Source: Octopus vulgaris
Taxonomy: Eukaryota
Assembly: GCA_951406725.2 (NCBI GenBank)
Contig: OX597822.1
Coordinates: 65,286,001-65,350,000 of the forward strand
Direction: 5' to 3'
DNA: 64,000 nt
In this document: positions 38,867-52,722 of the stretch, one piece after another
How the letters are laid out: every line of letters starts with the position of its first letter
How positions within the stretch are numbered: the first letter of the stretch is position 1
Program-made: the position numbers and the translations under genes
Notes under the pieces: generated by a model
Seen by the model: the letters and a program-made list of their open reading frames with translations, nothing else
Told to the model about the DNA's origin: nothing
Database searches by the model: none

Positions 38867-39459
38867 AAAAGAGCGGCTGAGTGGGAAAGAGAAAGAAAGA
38901 CAAACGTATACACCAACAAAAGAGCGAGTGAGATGCAGTGAAGTCCTGGCGTAGAGCTTTTGATTAATTAAAGATTTTGGATACCTGCCTATATGATTGG
39001 ATGTGCGAGACGATGAGCGAACATGTGTGACTCTGTCATACATTATGCATGTATGTGAGAGTATGTGTGTGTGTGTGTGTCGTTATGTACATGTGTGAGA
39101 AAGTAAGTGAGATTATATACGTGTACACGTGTATGTGTACGCTGACTAATATGCATATATGACCTGCTAATCTAATTCAAACAAACAACTCTACGGCCAT
39201 CCTATAATATTTATGCAACTGACTGACCTTTATTGCCACCTGACCAAACACGTTGCCTCTCATAAACTTCATTCCGTTTATTTCTACGCGACCATCTCCC
39301 TCCCATCCAATATCCCCTCCAAAGAAAAACACCTACCCGCACCTTTCCACCCTTATCGTAACCTCCTTTTCTTTATCTTGTCCTGACCACTCTCAACCGC
39401 TATTATCTTACGCCTGTCTCCCTCAATCCCTTCACCTCTATCACATTTTCCCCCCACAG

Positions 39460-39499
39460 CAGTTGATTTCCATAAGAATCCGTCTTGATACGAACGTCG
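39460..39499 (+). other. Candidate 40-nt micro-exon (37 nt with the NAGNAG alternative)
   Basis: Long pyrimidine tract ending ttttccccccacag|cag; donor g|gtaagt; open only in frame 0 (QLISIRIRLDTNV); unique sequence. Confidence 0.3.
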
Positions 39500-39937
39500 G
39501 TAAGTCAGCGTTAAGCTGACCAAATGACAGCCCAGTTAATCTCATCAGAATCAGGGGACACAAACAGCCACTGTTAGGTCTGAAAACCCTGTTGACCTCA
39601 ACTTTTTCGCCTGCCATATGCAGCTGTCGTACGATGGTGTCACCACATGTTGGTGCACAGTTGCACATCACTTGACCGCTGCTTCATTATATGTTAGGAT
39701 GATTGCAGCCGTCGGACACCTCCTCCTAATTTTTCGTTTTACTGATCTGTAACCCATACCTATCTCTCTCTCCTTCTCTCTCTCTCTCTTTCCGTCTCTC
39801 TCTCTCCTTTTCTCACTCTCCTTCACTCCCTCTCCTTCTCTCTCTCTCTCACCCCAATACGCTTCAACCGGACGGCACATGAATATGTATGGAAGTATGC
39901 GCTACAAAACACACACAACACATCAAACACACACACT

Positions 39938-39993
<56 letters not shown>

Positions 39994-40482
39994 CACACAC
40001 ATGAACACACAACCACATATATACATACATATAAGTGTGTGTGTGTGTGTGTGTACTTGTGTGTGTGTGTATGCGTGTATGTGTGTGTACAACATATGTA
40101 TATATGTGTAGGGTGAATGTTGTATGTTCTCTATATGAAAAGGTGTTGTTGGCATGTATCAATTATCCACTATATACATACATTAACAGATATATGCACA
40201 TATATGCATAGATAAAAATATATACATGCACACATGCACACACACATACGCACATACATACCACCACACACAAATATTCGCGCGCACACACACACACACA
40301 TCTATATATATATATATACATATTTATGTACACACATACACATATACATGTATGTGTGTGTGATTACATCCGCCTATATGTATGTAAATGACCAATCTCT
40401 TCCATAGAATATACCTAATCGAGAAGAGTTATTTCATTACATGATGCAATTATGTATACATAGTAATACATACATACATACA

Positions 40483-40518
<36 letters not shown>

Positions 40519-40573
40519 TATTACACACATACACTTTGACTATACTTTATTATGCACATATAGATATATATAT

Positions 40574-40630
<57 letters not shown>

Positions 40631-40788
40631 CATATATATGTATATATATGTGTGTGTATGTGTGTGTGTATGTTCATAGGAAAAGAATGGGTGGGTATAC
40701 AGGGATACACATACTTTTTTGTATGTGTATGCGTGTGTGTGTGTGTGTATCTATATATGTCACTGTGCGAGTGACAGAATGAATGGCA

Positions 40789-40823
<35 letters not shown>

Positions 40824-41433
40824 TTCTGTCATTCATTCTTTCACTCGCACAGCGACATATACATATTTATACAGAGATGGATAGAGAGAGGGAAATAAAG
40901 AGAGAGAGAATAGTGACACGTTTTGATTATTCCGTCACGTGTATTAATATGCAGAGGCAAACGCGAATATTCAAAGCAATAGCAAACTGCAGATACAAAA
41001 TTCTGCATACGTCATCATCCTCTTGACTGTATCCCGCAATTTTTAATGGATTGCCAGAGAACACCATTGCTTCGTGTACTCATTGAATAGAATACTTGTG
41101 ACCCAGTTCATGTTCGGGAATTGTGTCATGAGTTTGCTATTTCGTATGATTTTCATCGTGATTGCAATGTGTGTAAGTGAAGTAGATGAGGGAAAACCTC
41201 ATATCGAACCCGTGTTGCAAATTTGGTTATTCGGGATCTTTTATAAATCTAAGTTTTACACGAAGAAAACATTACTTAACCAATATCATAATCTGCTCGT
41301 ACATTTTTTTCATTCACAGTAATTATGAAAGGTGCCTACGAGTATAGTTATATAGGACCATTGATACTCACAGTAATACTAGATATATGAAAATCTAGAA
41401 AAAACTATTGATTTACTTGGTAATGGTTTAACG

Positions 41434-41743
41434 TAGGTGTTCTCACCCATGTTTTTCTGTCTATGGACCACTTTGATTGCTATTTAATTCGGATGGACCC
41501 CGTAGCAATTCGATGTTTAAAACCTAATTTTATAGAATGCTATTCATTAAAGTTTCCACACATTATTTTGCGTAGGTCGAAATCTAGTTGCCAATACATA
41601 CGTCTAAAGCAAAATTTTTTCAAGTTCCCTTAAAATAAATATTGTGGATTCCCAATTTCAATTCACTATTTTGTTGTTTGGACACCCTAAAAATCTGATG
41701 AGGACATTCAGGGACCATATGGACCCCGGTTGAGAACCATTTG
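41434..41743. mobile_element. hAT (Charlie-like) MITE
   Basis: taggtgttctcacc ... ggttgagaaccatttg; near-matching 8-bp flanks gtttaacg and ggttaacg. Confidence 0.7.
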
Positions 41744-41921
41744 GGTTAACGGGAAAATTATATATCTTAACACGATTTTTATGGATGCAGTCAGTGTTTG
41801 GACGAAACCATAACTCAATAGTTAGTACTAGAAGAATCAACGAGCAAATACGTCTAAAAGATATGCATTTTCCGCTTTGATATTAAGAGAAGGGTAGCAC
41901 CGATGACTATATTCTTTAGGT

Positions 41922-42234
41922 TTGTGGTTCTGTACCGAGTTCTATATGACCCCTGGGGTCCATATAAAATTCCGAGGGGTCCACACAAGCAAGACAGTAA
42001 AGTGGAGTATTTTGGGAATTTATAAAAACATTTTGCTTCATATTTATTTATTACAAGAAAAAACAAGATTTCTTTCTCGAAACGTTTTCACAGTTCAACG
42101 TACCTCTGATCATGAAACATTTTCTCTGTGTATAAAACTAAGTTTTAAACACCGAAATGCTTGTGCGCGGGTCCACCAGAATAAAATAATAATCAAAGGG
42201 ATTCGTAGATTAAAAAAATGGTTGAGAACCACTG
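41922..42234. mobile_element. hAT (Charlie-like) MITE, opposite orientation
   Basis: ttgtggttctgtacc ... ggttgagaaccactg; internal 'ggggtccatataa' shared with 26321. Confidence 0.7.
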
Positions 42235-42276
42235 GTTTATATTGTCTGAGACTTGTGGGATGTAAGAGCAAAATAT

Positions 42277-42480
42277 TCTTTTCTACTCTAGGCACAAGGC
42301 CTGAAATGTTTTAGGAGAGGGTCAGTCGATTAGATCGACCCCGGTGCGCAACTGGTACTTAATTTATCGACCCCGAAAGGATGAAAGGCAAAGTAGACCT
42401 CGGTGAAATTTGAAGTCAGAACTTAAAGACAGACGAAATAGCGCTAGGTATTTCGCCCGGCGTGCTAACGTCTCAGCCTT
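42277..42480 (-). mobile_element. SINE family B, second tail type
   Basis: 'ttttctactctaggcacaaggcc...gaaaggatgaaaggcaaagt...cgtgctaacg'. Confidence 0.8.
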
Positions 42481-43164
42481 GAAAGAGCAAAACATTTTCA
42501 AACCGAAGACCTGTTTGGAGTGCTTGAAATTGAATGATTTTTGCCGAAGATACTCTAGACATAGGTGATGGTGTTAGAATTGGCGACGAATAATATTACC
42601 ATATAGGAATTCTGAACGCAAAGAGCAGACATAGATTATTGCCAATCATCCTACTTGATGCTTAAACGTTAATCTACCACCCTAGACTGGTATTATGTTT
42701 TAACGATCTCGTAAGGATGAGAGCGAAATTGTCCTCAATTAATTTGAACACAGATCGCAGAATACTTGAATAAAGAACGCAAGATATTTTATACTAAATG
42801 TTAACAATCCAGATCGCTGATTTTCCTGCATGTTAACTTCATAAAGCAATAGAAGGATGTTGTGTCGTCATAGCTTAAATGCCTTTCGTCAAAGGTCTGT
42901 TCGGTACAGCTAGACAGCAAACAAAATAACTCCGAAGTAAATTCTCCCTCGAAAGATCTATGTGATCGTTTGAGCTATTAGTCATTGAAACCAAATACCT
43001 CTTAAATAACTTCTTATGAACTTAAGAAAAGAAACGATGGAGAGCTTTTAATCATAGATATATACAAAGAGGAAGTATATGGGGAGAGCATGCTGTAGAC
43101 TTCTTTTGGCCTTGGGAGGTCAAGTCTCACCGTAGAAATCAAATCTCATTCACTGTCACACTGG

Positions 43165-43390
43165 ACGTGGAGGCGTGTAGATTTTGGTTTCGTTTCCTGG
43201 ACTTGGCAATGGACTGTGTTCGTGAGCAATATACTTCATTTCACGTTGCTCCAGTCCACTCATCTGGCTGAAATGAGTAATCCTGTGATGGACCAGCTTC
43301 CTGTCCAGTAGCAAATATACGTGTGACAGGTACTTGGAGACCGATAAACCGGCTCTGTGACCTTGTATAGCTCGGGAAGGGTCTTTATCA
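43165..43390 (+). mobile_element. Degenerate V-SINE-like element
   Basis: 'tttcacgttgctccagtccactca...cctgtgatggaccagcttcctgtccag', related to ~56412-56667. Confidence 0.6.
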
Positions 43391-44594
43391 TTTTTTTATA
43401 ATATTGCTCGTTGCGCTCTGAAATTCTGTTGCACAACGTACGAGTCAAGTGGTTGTATTTTGAGAGGGCCAGTGGTATGGGATTACAATAAGCGTTCCTG
43501 TACATTGAGATCAAATCTTGTTGAACCCATCTTTGTCTTCAACCCTTTTGCTATTGATGAATATACGATAAATTCTGTAATATGCTCTTTTCTCTCTCTC
43601 TCCATCTTTTCTCCTCTTCTTTGACATAGTACCCTCGCATACAGACGTAGATAAAACACGGGCACAACTACACATGCAATGTTTCGTATATTATACATAA
43701 AATACAGGTTAAATCATTCTTAACGCACTTCTCGGTTCATTAGTGAAACAATACAATCGTAGTAACAATTATGGTCCCTTTAACTTTTCAGATAAGAGCA
43801 ATTTATTGCAAACTCACGCGTTTACAACAAAACACAAATTGTAGTTTCCAGAAAAGAGCTTAAAACTTCATGAAAATACTCGTAAGAATTTCCGTATCAT
43901 GTGGGTAATATAGTGATATGTAACAGCAGCTGAGTTACGAAAGTTCTCTCGATTTAATCATTCAAGGAAGCCATGACACTCTATTGCCGGTATTCAGCAT
44001 TTAGTAAAAATACCATTAGATTACTTATGTTGGAAAGTTTCATAGTTAAATTAAGGAACGTTCACATGTTCGTTCAGGTCGTTTAGTATTTTTTCCAAAC
44101 AGTGTCACATCCGGGGTCGTGATATGAACAGTTGGATGTTTTTCGTAGTCAGCTTATCCTTAAGACCAGGAATCAAAGATTTATTTAAACCGAAGTATTC
44201 AATCAATAGTGTTTCGTATATTGAGATTGAAGAAAGGAAACAAAAGCAAAGAAAAGACGTACATATATACATAAACACAGACACATACATACATACATGC
44301 GTACACACGTGTTTATACATGCATATATGCAGTGTATGTGTGCGGGTGTATGTATGTAGGCATGTTAATGCATACATACGTATACACACATGTATAAACC
44401 CTATAGTAGATGCAGGTCAATGCAATACAACAGTATAGTCATAAGTAAAATCAGAGAAGGAATAGAGATGTATGCAGATAAGTAAACGAAATCGGCTTCC
44501 ATTTAGAAAGAATGACAGTTGCGCGCATTAGTTGTTGAAAGAATATATGTATCAGGTATATGAGCATCTATATGCATACAAATGCATTTATATA

Positions 44595-45010
44595 CAGGTG
44601 AGAGTAAAAGTAGGTATGCCCTTTTCATTTCTCTGTTTCTATTCATGATCAGAATTCTATGATTCTGTTACCTTTTTAACTGATTTTTTCTATAATAAAA
44701 TAATTATTCCTCGTTTCAAATATTTGTTATATCATTGGCAATTTGATAAACGATGAACGAAAGTGGATCATCAAACTGTACTAGAAAACAGAAAATGCAG
44801 AAATGGTTAGACAGACAGAAATTGAATGAAGAATTTCAAAGACCAGCTTCTTCAAGATAAAATGTTTATAGAATACGTGACAAATTTGAGCAGACTAGAT
44901 GGGTGCATTTGCAATGCACAAGAAAGTGGTCGAACGGTCACTGTTTCCACCGCAGAAAATAAAACGCTTGTGATGCAAGCATTCACTCAAAGTCTCCAGA
45001 AATAGAAAAA
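44595..45010 (+). pseudogene. Degenerate Tc1/mariner-superfamily transposon 5' end with N-terminal HTH remnant (DUF4817-like)
   Basis: ta|caggtg start; broken translation ERKWIIKLY*KTENAEMVRQ, VYRIRDKFEQT, QESGRTVTVSTAENKTLVMQAFTQS. Confidence 0.65.
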
Positions 45011-45243
45011 GAGAGTTAACCGTTTTTGCTTGTGAGATCGAGCTTCTTCAGGGCAGGTTGAATTTAGCATATCGGTTGGTACATCATACTTGTATCCGCT
45101 CGACTTCGTTGGTATATTCACTTGTAATCACCGTTATTCTTAATATATCGTTGATGCCGCCACAACCATTGACGCTGTTAGAAGAAACACCAATATTACC
45201 TTCACCACCACCACCACTACGACTACCACTGCCGCCGGAGTTG

Positions 45244-45802
45244 TCTTCTTCTTCTTCTTCTTCTTCTTCTTCTTCTTCTTCTTCTTCTTCTTCTTCTTCT
45301 TCTTCTTCTTCTTCTTCTTCCAATCAGGACTCACGCCATTAGCCACAAACAATAATCTCTAATTCGAGCCTACTCTAAGCTACTAAGAATGCGTGTAGCA
45401 ACTTGAAGATCCACCCACCACACGCGATAGACTGGCGGTTGCACGGGCGCGAAAGCTACGTGTGTTATCCTCATTCCGTAAGCGGTGGCTTTTAACGGGT
45501 GGAGAGCTGAACCATCCTAGGGTACAGAGGATTCGCAATCTAGACTAGGGTCTGAAAGTTTACCACACCATAGTGGGTTACACCATGGTTCCTATGCTTT
45601 GTGACAGAAGTAGGAAGAAAGAGTAAGAGAAAGTTGTGGTGAAAGAGTACAGCGGGGTTTACCCCCCCCCCATACGCCGGAGACTCGTGGAACTTAGGTG
45701 ATTTTGCTGAATAAACACCCACAATGCCCGGTCTGAGAATCGAAACCGCGTTCTTACGACCGCGAGTCCGCTGCTCTAACCACTGGGCCATTGCGCCCCC
45801 AC
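45244..45802 (-). mobile_element. tRNA-headed SINE (C2), full length, with (GAA)n tail at 45244-45320
   Basis: Complete head 'gcgcaatggcccagtggttagagcagcggactcgcggtcgtaagaacgcggtttcgattctc'; body matches 30194-30613. Confidence 0.85.
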
Positions 45803-46064
45803 CGCAGTTGTTGTCGTCATCGTTGCTACTACCACCGTCGTCTGGTTGCCACTGTTTTTGTCAAACCAGAACACAAAGGTAAACATTAGAAAACTGGAGA
45901 ATTTGAAGGCAATAAAGCTTTTGTTTGGGAGCCGAATAGAAACTGTATTCTATTACCTGCTCGAAGACGGAATGGCGCCGGGCAAGGTTGACTGATGTAC
46001 AGATTAAGTCAGATCATTCCACTTATGATAAAAACACTGATCCCAAAGATTGTGGTTCAGGCAG

Positions 46065-46123
<59 letters not shown>

Positions 46124-46174
46124 CACCACCACCACCACCACCACCACCACCACCACCACCACTACTACTACTAT

Positions 46175-46228
<54 letters not shown>

Positions 46229-46240
46229 TACTACTACTAT

Positions 46241-46303
<63 letters not shown>
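46065..46303. repeat. (ACT)n/(ACC)n microsatellite
   Basis: Directly visible. Confidence 0.95.
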
Positions 46304-46727
46304 CGATGAAGATGGTGATGATGATGACAATGACGATGTTGGTGATGGTGATGATGTTGATGATCATTAATTATTTCTTATTATAATCCCTTAAACGAGG
46401 CGTTGAGCTAGCAGAATCGTTACTGCACCAGTTAAAATGCTTAGAAGCTTTACTTTCTGATTTCAAATGTTACCGAGGTTGATCTTCCCATTCAGCCTTT
46501 CCGGGTGGATAAAATAAAGAACCAGCTGAGGCAGCTACAGTGACTCCTCAGTCGCGGCACACTGAGTTACCCGCCCAGGTGGGGCACATTTGTACGTGAA
46601 GGAAAGGAACAGACAGTAATTTTATTTGGTGAAAAAAACTGAAGTGAAGCCCGGAAGTCAAGTGGTTATACAAAATGTAATTTATATACACGAATGTTAC
46701 CACTCTTTGAAGACAGATTCATTTCTA

Positions 46728-47330
46728 CCCCTTTGTGGGCATGAAAGAAATAAGAAACGTTAGCACACCAGGCGGAATGCTTAGCGGTATTTCGTCTGCC
46801 GTTACGTTCTGAGTTCAAATTCCGCCGAGGTCGACTTTGCTTTTCATCCTTTCGAGGTCAATAAATTAAGTACCAGTTGCGCACTAGGTCGATGTAATCG
46901 ACTTAATCCGTTTGTATGTCCTTGTTTGTCCCCTCTGTGTTTAGCCCCTTGTGGGCAGTAAAGAAATAGGTATTTCGCCTGTCTTAAGGCGGCGAGCTGG
47001 CAGAATCGCTAGCACGCCGGGCGAAATGCTTAGCAGTATTTCGTCTGCTATTTCTTTACTACCTATTTCTTTACTACCTATTTCTTTACTACCTATTTCT
47101 TTACTACCCACAAGGGGCTAAACACAGAGAGGACAAACAAGGACAGACAAACGGATTAAGTCGATAATATCGACTCCAGTGCGTAACTGGTACTTAATTT
47201 ATTGACCCCGAAAAGATGAAAGGCAAAGTCGACCTCGGCGGAATTTGAACTCAGAATGTAATGGTAGACGAAATACCGTTAATCATTTCGTCCGACGCAT
47301 CAACAATTTGGCCATTTTGACGCCTTTCTA
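46728..47330. mobile_element. Cluster of SINE B copies in opposite orientations; the minus copy has a 15-nt tail repeated four times
   Basis: Plus copy ~46755-46968; minus copy ~47049-47327; (tatttctttactacc)x4 at 47049-47108. Confidence 0.85.
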
Positions 47331-48954
47331 ATAATAATAAAGACTATGAAGAGAATTATAAAATAGTATGAAAGAAAATTTTAAAAAAAACAATCTTTTT
47401 TGCTATAGTCACAAGACGTGAAAATTCGTAGGGAGACATTAGGTCTATTACAATAACTGCAGTGCTCATCTGGTACTAATTTTATGTACACCGACAAGAT
47501 AAGAGGCAGAGTGGAACTCGGCGGATTTTGAACTCAGAACGTAAAGGCGGATGAAATGTGTGCTAACGATTCAACCAACTAGCCGCCTTATATTAAGAAA
47601 ATAATAATAAATACAAACAACAATATCAACGATATTATTAATGATAGATTTTGAAATGTTGAAGGAGTTATTGCAGAATCTAACATAAAACCCTCAAATA
47701 AACAAATGTTGTGTTTAATCCTTTGAATCTCGTTGCCAGACTATTCGCAGTCGCTGGGTGTATCGCCATACACTTCAAGTAAATTCTTCTTCCATAGGTT
47801 TTGTTTTAGCGTTATCTGCCCATAAACCTTGTAATTTAAAGAAGAACACGAACGAGACACTTCACGCTGTTTGATGTGGTCCCTTACTACTGATTCACCA
47901 TTTCGTTTAAACCCTTAATATTGTGAAGGATGAATGAATTAAGGAAACATCTTTGAGGCATGATAGTGCACAAGTATTTTATATTAAACACAAACCTCGT
48001 TAGTTAAACCCATTTAAGAGATATTTTCACCAAATGTATACTGGCGATGTACACTTATGTGCATATAAACACCCATATATAGAATCATACATAAATACAT
48101 GTATAATACATTCATATTTATAATACAGGCATAACTATATACATGCATTAATACATATATGTACATGTATGCATACGTACATGTATATGTATACATGCAT
48201 GTGTATATATGCATACATATTTGCAGGCACAAATACATACATATCTCGATATTACTTTTGCAAATGTATACACCCGAAATATTTGTCTGCTCTGTCTCAC
48301 TCACTTACTCAGCTATCCTCTCACTCACTCACTCACTCACTTGCTCGCTCGCTCACTCACTCACTTACTCACTTGCTCGCTCACTCACTCACTCACTCAC
48401 TCACTTACTCACTTGCTCGCTCACTCACTCACTCACTCACTTTCACTCTCTCTTTTTCTCTTACACACGTTTCCACCCTCATTAAATTACTATATAAACA
48501 GAAAAATGAATACCCCTATACACACGTGTGCTTATACGCACACATATACAGTTGGACACACACACATACACACAAACACGCACACACACATACACACAAA
48601 CGCACGCAAAGTGGGAGGTAGAGTCTGTTCTTCTCTGCCCATTCCCTTTCTTTCGAAAAATAAAAATTGCAGTAAATATCATACACACTCATTTGGTCGT
48701 TATATTTCTAATTATTCCTTAAAAAAAAAAGTTTCATATACATAAACTGATACATATTGCACAGAATGTATTTATTTATAATCTTTCTCTATGTATGTAT
48801 GTATGATTGTATGTATGTATGTATGTATGTATGTATGTATGTATGTATGTATGCATGTGTGTGTGTATGTATGCATGCATGCGTGCGTGCATGCATGTAT
48901 GTATGTATGTATGTATGTATGTATGTATGTATGTATGTATGCATGCATGTATTC

Positions 48955-49335
48955 TTTTCTAACGTTTCTATCAGCTCGCTAACAACAGTGCGTAACTGGT
49001 ACTTAATTTATCGACCCCGAAAGGATGAAAGGCAAAGTCGACCTCGGCGGAATTTGAACTCAGAACGTAAAATCAGACGAAATACCGCTGAGCATTTCGC
49101 CCGGCGTGCTAACGTTTCTGCCAGCTCGCCGCCTTATTCTCTTCTATTCTAGGCAGAAGCCCGAAAATTTTGGGAGGGAAGGGTCCAGTCGATTACATCG
49201 ACCTCAGTACGCAACTCCTACTTAATTTATCGATTCCAAAAGGATGAAAAGCAATGTCGATCCTAGCGGAATTTGAACTCAGAACGTAATGACAGACGAA
49301 ATACAGTTAAGCACTTCATCCGGCATGCTAACGAT
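48955..49335 (-). mobile_element. SINE family B tandem copies
   Basis: Two family B bodies. Confidence 0.8.
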
Positions 49336-50108
49336 TCTACCGGTTCGTCGCCTCCCGCATAGAATATATTGAATAGATTCTTTACTCAATTATTCAGTGT
49401 ATTACACACACCTATATTTCAAAGCGTGTCTTAGTAATTTATTTATACATATAAATAACTGCTAATGGCACATCGGTAAAACTACTTACGATATTTGGCT
49501 GAGTTGTTTCACAGTATTTGATGAAATATTACTGAAGCCATCTATGACAATTCATCCTAAGTGCCTGGTAACCATACAGTCAATTAAAGACTAATTACAG
49601 ACTAATACAGTCAATTAGATACTAATCACAGATTGATGGTTGGCTGAATTACAAGAGTCGCAATGAATATAACTGGTGATACAGTCATTACGCCTTCAGG
49701 TGGGTGCAAATGAAGGCAGCACCGGATGAACTTATGACCAACAATAGCATATGTCACAAGCCCTACATTTTCATTGCCTTTGCTCTTAAAATATTTATTA
49801 TTCTTGTACTATGCAGAGTAGGACTTTCATTAAGGTTGATGCAAAAACTCAGATAAGTGACGTGAGTCAATATATTTTTCAGTATTCTTTTCTACACTAG
49901 GCACAAGCCTAGATCGACTCTACTACGTAACTGCTACTTAATTTATCGACCCCGGAAGGATGAAAGGCAAAGTTGACGAAGTACCGCTGAGCATTTCGTC
50001 CGGCGTGCTAACGGTTCTGCCAGCTCGCTGCATTATATATATTTTTGAATATGATATAAAGCAAAACGGCGGTGTGGTGGCGGAAACGTTGGCACACTGG
50101 ATAAAAAG

Positions 50109-50406
50109 TATATCAGACGTTTTTATAAGTCAATACTGTGCTCTACTGTGTTAGCAGTGCTATTACATAACATGTTAGAGATGTCTGTACAGATTATTCA
50201 TGGAAATTATAGCCAGCACTGGTATTGTTAAGTTTCGTATCCGAAACACCAGATGTAACCAACGAGATCGAAGACGAAAAGTGGGTAATGGGCGTAGTGA
50301 CTCGCTAAAAGTTCTATAGATCTGCAAAGAAAACTTTAACTAGTGATGTAATAGCACTGCTAACACAGTAGAACAAAAATATTGACTTATAAAAACGTTT
50401 GATATA
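50109..50406. repeat. Inverted repeat with ~60-bp arms (50109-50168 and 50346-50406)
   Basis: 'cgtttttataagtcaata...ctactgtgttagcagtgctattacat' versus 'atgtaatagcactgctaacacagtag...tattgacttataaaaacg'. Confidence 0.85.
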
Positions 50407-50505
50407 ATTTGTAGTATATTATTGTCGCATGACGAAATACCACGAACCTACAAGTCATTAAAAGGTAACTATATTTATTTCCACTTACTTGTATTAAATT
50501 TTTGA

Positions 50506-51028
50506 TAAATTGAATGGGGTTAGTGTAGAAACCGCACGCAATAAAATATTTATATTTTAAAATCCCCCCTCTGATATGATGTGAATTCATACCCTTTAGG
50601 AATCTTAAGAATGTTAATAATAATCACACTGGGTAAAATGCTTAGCGGCATTTCGTCGAGACCCTTTCGGGCTCAGTAAAATGAGTACAAGTTGAGTACT
50701 GGGTCAATGTAATCGAGTTTTACCCCTTTCCCAAAATTGCTGGCATCTTGTCAAAATTTATAATTATGTAAATCATGAAATTAATAATACTCAAACGGAA
50801 TGGCAATGGTAAATTGTAAATAGAAAATGGAAACTGGGTCAACTTCGTCATAAAGTAAATGATCTCCCTTGATAGTCCCCTCATTAAGATGATCTGATGA
50901 ATGAACAAGATTATTATTAATATTCTTAAGAGCCCGAAAGGATATGAATTCACATCAAATTAGAGAGGGGATTTTAAAACATAAATATTTTATAGCGTGC
51001 GGTTTCTACATTAACCTCATTCAATTTA
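50506..51028. repeat. Inverted repeat with ~120-bp arms (50506-50625 and 50909-51028)
   Basis: 'tgtagaaaccgcacgcaataaaatattta' versus 'taaatattttatagcgtgcggtttctaca'. Confidence 0.85.
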
Positions 51029-51324
51029 CCACATACATGCACGCACACACATACACGCACGCACACGCACACACACGCGCGCGCGCGCACACACACACAC
51101 ACACATACACACACACACGTACAATCAGGCAAACAAACACGCACACGCACACATGCACGTACACACAGACGCACGCATACTCACACACGCACGCACACAC
51201 ACACACACGTACACATACATATACACATGCACGCACACAGCACACACAGAAATATTTACAGATAAAGGTTTAATGATGCAAACAGAAAAAATAAAACTCG
51301 CAACACGAGAATATATTCTAGTAT

Positions 51325-51700
51325 TCTTTTATTCTTTTACTTGTTTCAGTCATTTGACTGCGGTCATACTGGAGCACTGCTTTGAAGGGTTTTATACGAA
51401 CACATCAACCCTAGGACTTACATTTTTTGTAAAGCCTAGTACCTATTCCATCGGTCTCTTTTGCCGAATCACTAGGTTACGGGGACGCAAACAGACAAAC
51501 ACCGGTTGTAAAGTGATGGGAGAAAACGAACACAGACACTAAGACACACACACATACACCTATACAGACGACGGGCTGCTTTCAATTTCCGTCTACCAAA
51601 TCCACTCACAAGGATATGGTCGGCCCAAGGCTCTGGTAGAAGACGCTCGACCCAATGTGTCACGCAGTGGAAATTAACTCGAGACAAAGCTTCTCACCAC
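51325..51700 (-). mobile_element. SINE family A, diverged
   Basis: Family A match. Confidence 0.75.
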
Positions 51701-51904
51701 GCACCCGAAAGAACAGGGTAACTCAAGAGCCAAGAATTTCGTGCGTTAGCAATTAACAAACTAGTATATTAACAAGAATATAGAGAGATAAGTAATAATT
51801 ATTTATTATTGAAAAAAATTAGACATCATCTCTTAACAGCTGTTTCGATTCGAGACCTTTAGAAATTATATACTATAATAATTAAAACAATTTAAAAGTC
51901 GAAT

Positions 51905-51950
<46 letters not shown>

Positions 51951-52029
51951 AATAAATATTAGGGAATAAATCCAAATTTACAGGGAAAAAATCAGATTTA
52001 GGATTAAATCAAATTTTATAGTAAAATAT

Positions 52030-52220
52030 TATATAATATTAATTAGAGACAAAACCACTATTTTGCAAAACAAACAAGGAAAGACTTAATCAATACATAA
52101 AATTTTTTACTTTTTATTTTTTATTTTTTATTTTTTACTTTTTTTTACTTTTTATTAAAATTTTATGTATTGATTACGTCTTTCCTTGTTTGTTTTGCAA
52201 AATAGTGGTTTTGTCTCTAA

Positions 52221-52233
<13 letters not shown>
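52030..52233. repeat. Near-perfect 77-bp inverted repeat (52030-52106 and 52157-52233) in a (TA)n-flanked insertion
   Basis: 'attaattagagacaaaaccactattttgcaaaacaaacaaggaaagac' versus 'gtctttccttgtttgttttgcaaaatagtggttttgtctctaattaat'. Confidence 0.9.
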
Positions 52234-52259
<26 letters not shown>

Positions 52260-52722
52260 CACACACATTAAACTGGTATATATAGTTATATATATTTGAC
52301 ATATGGAAACATTCTTTCCCTCAACCAAATTCACTCACAGGACATTGTTGGGTCTGGGATTATTGTAGAGAATACTTGCCCAAAGTGTCGCGCTGTGGGA
52401 CAGAACTTAAACCCCATGGTTTCAAACCGAACTTAATCATAGAAATATACTTGCGTCTCTGTAATTTCGTTTTTAGAAGACCATCTTGTCTGAAATATTG
52501 GTTAACGTAATAACGTATGCTATGGACACCGTACTAGCTTATTCTAGTACTATTCTAACTTCGTTTAGGATCCGTTTTGTGATTGTCTATGAAGTTTGAA
52601 TATGTTACCAATGAGTTTTAAAGTTCTGTCTATTGGAAATCTATTAAGCATTCTTATACTTACTCTAAAACCGAACACGAACTCTCACAAGTGTGACTAC
52701 AAGTAAGCACGATCGCCTAAAG

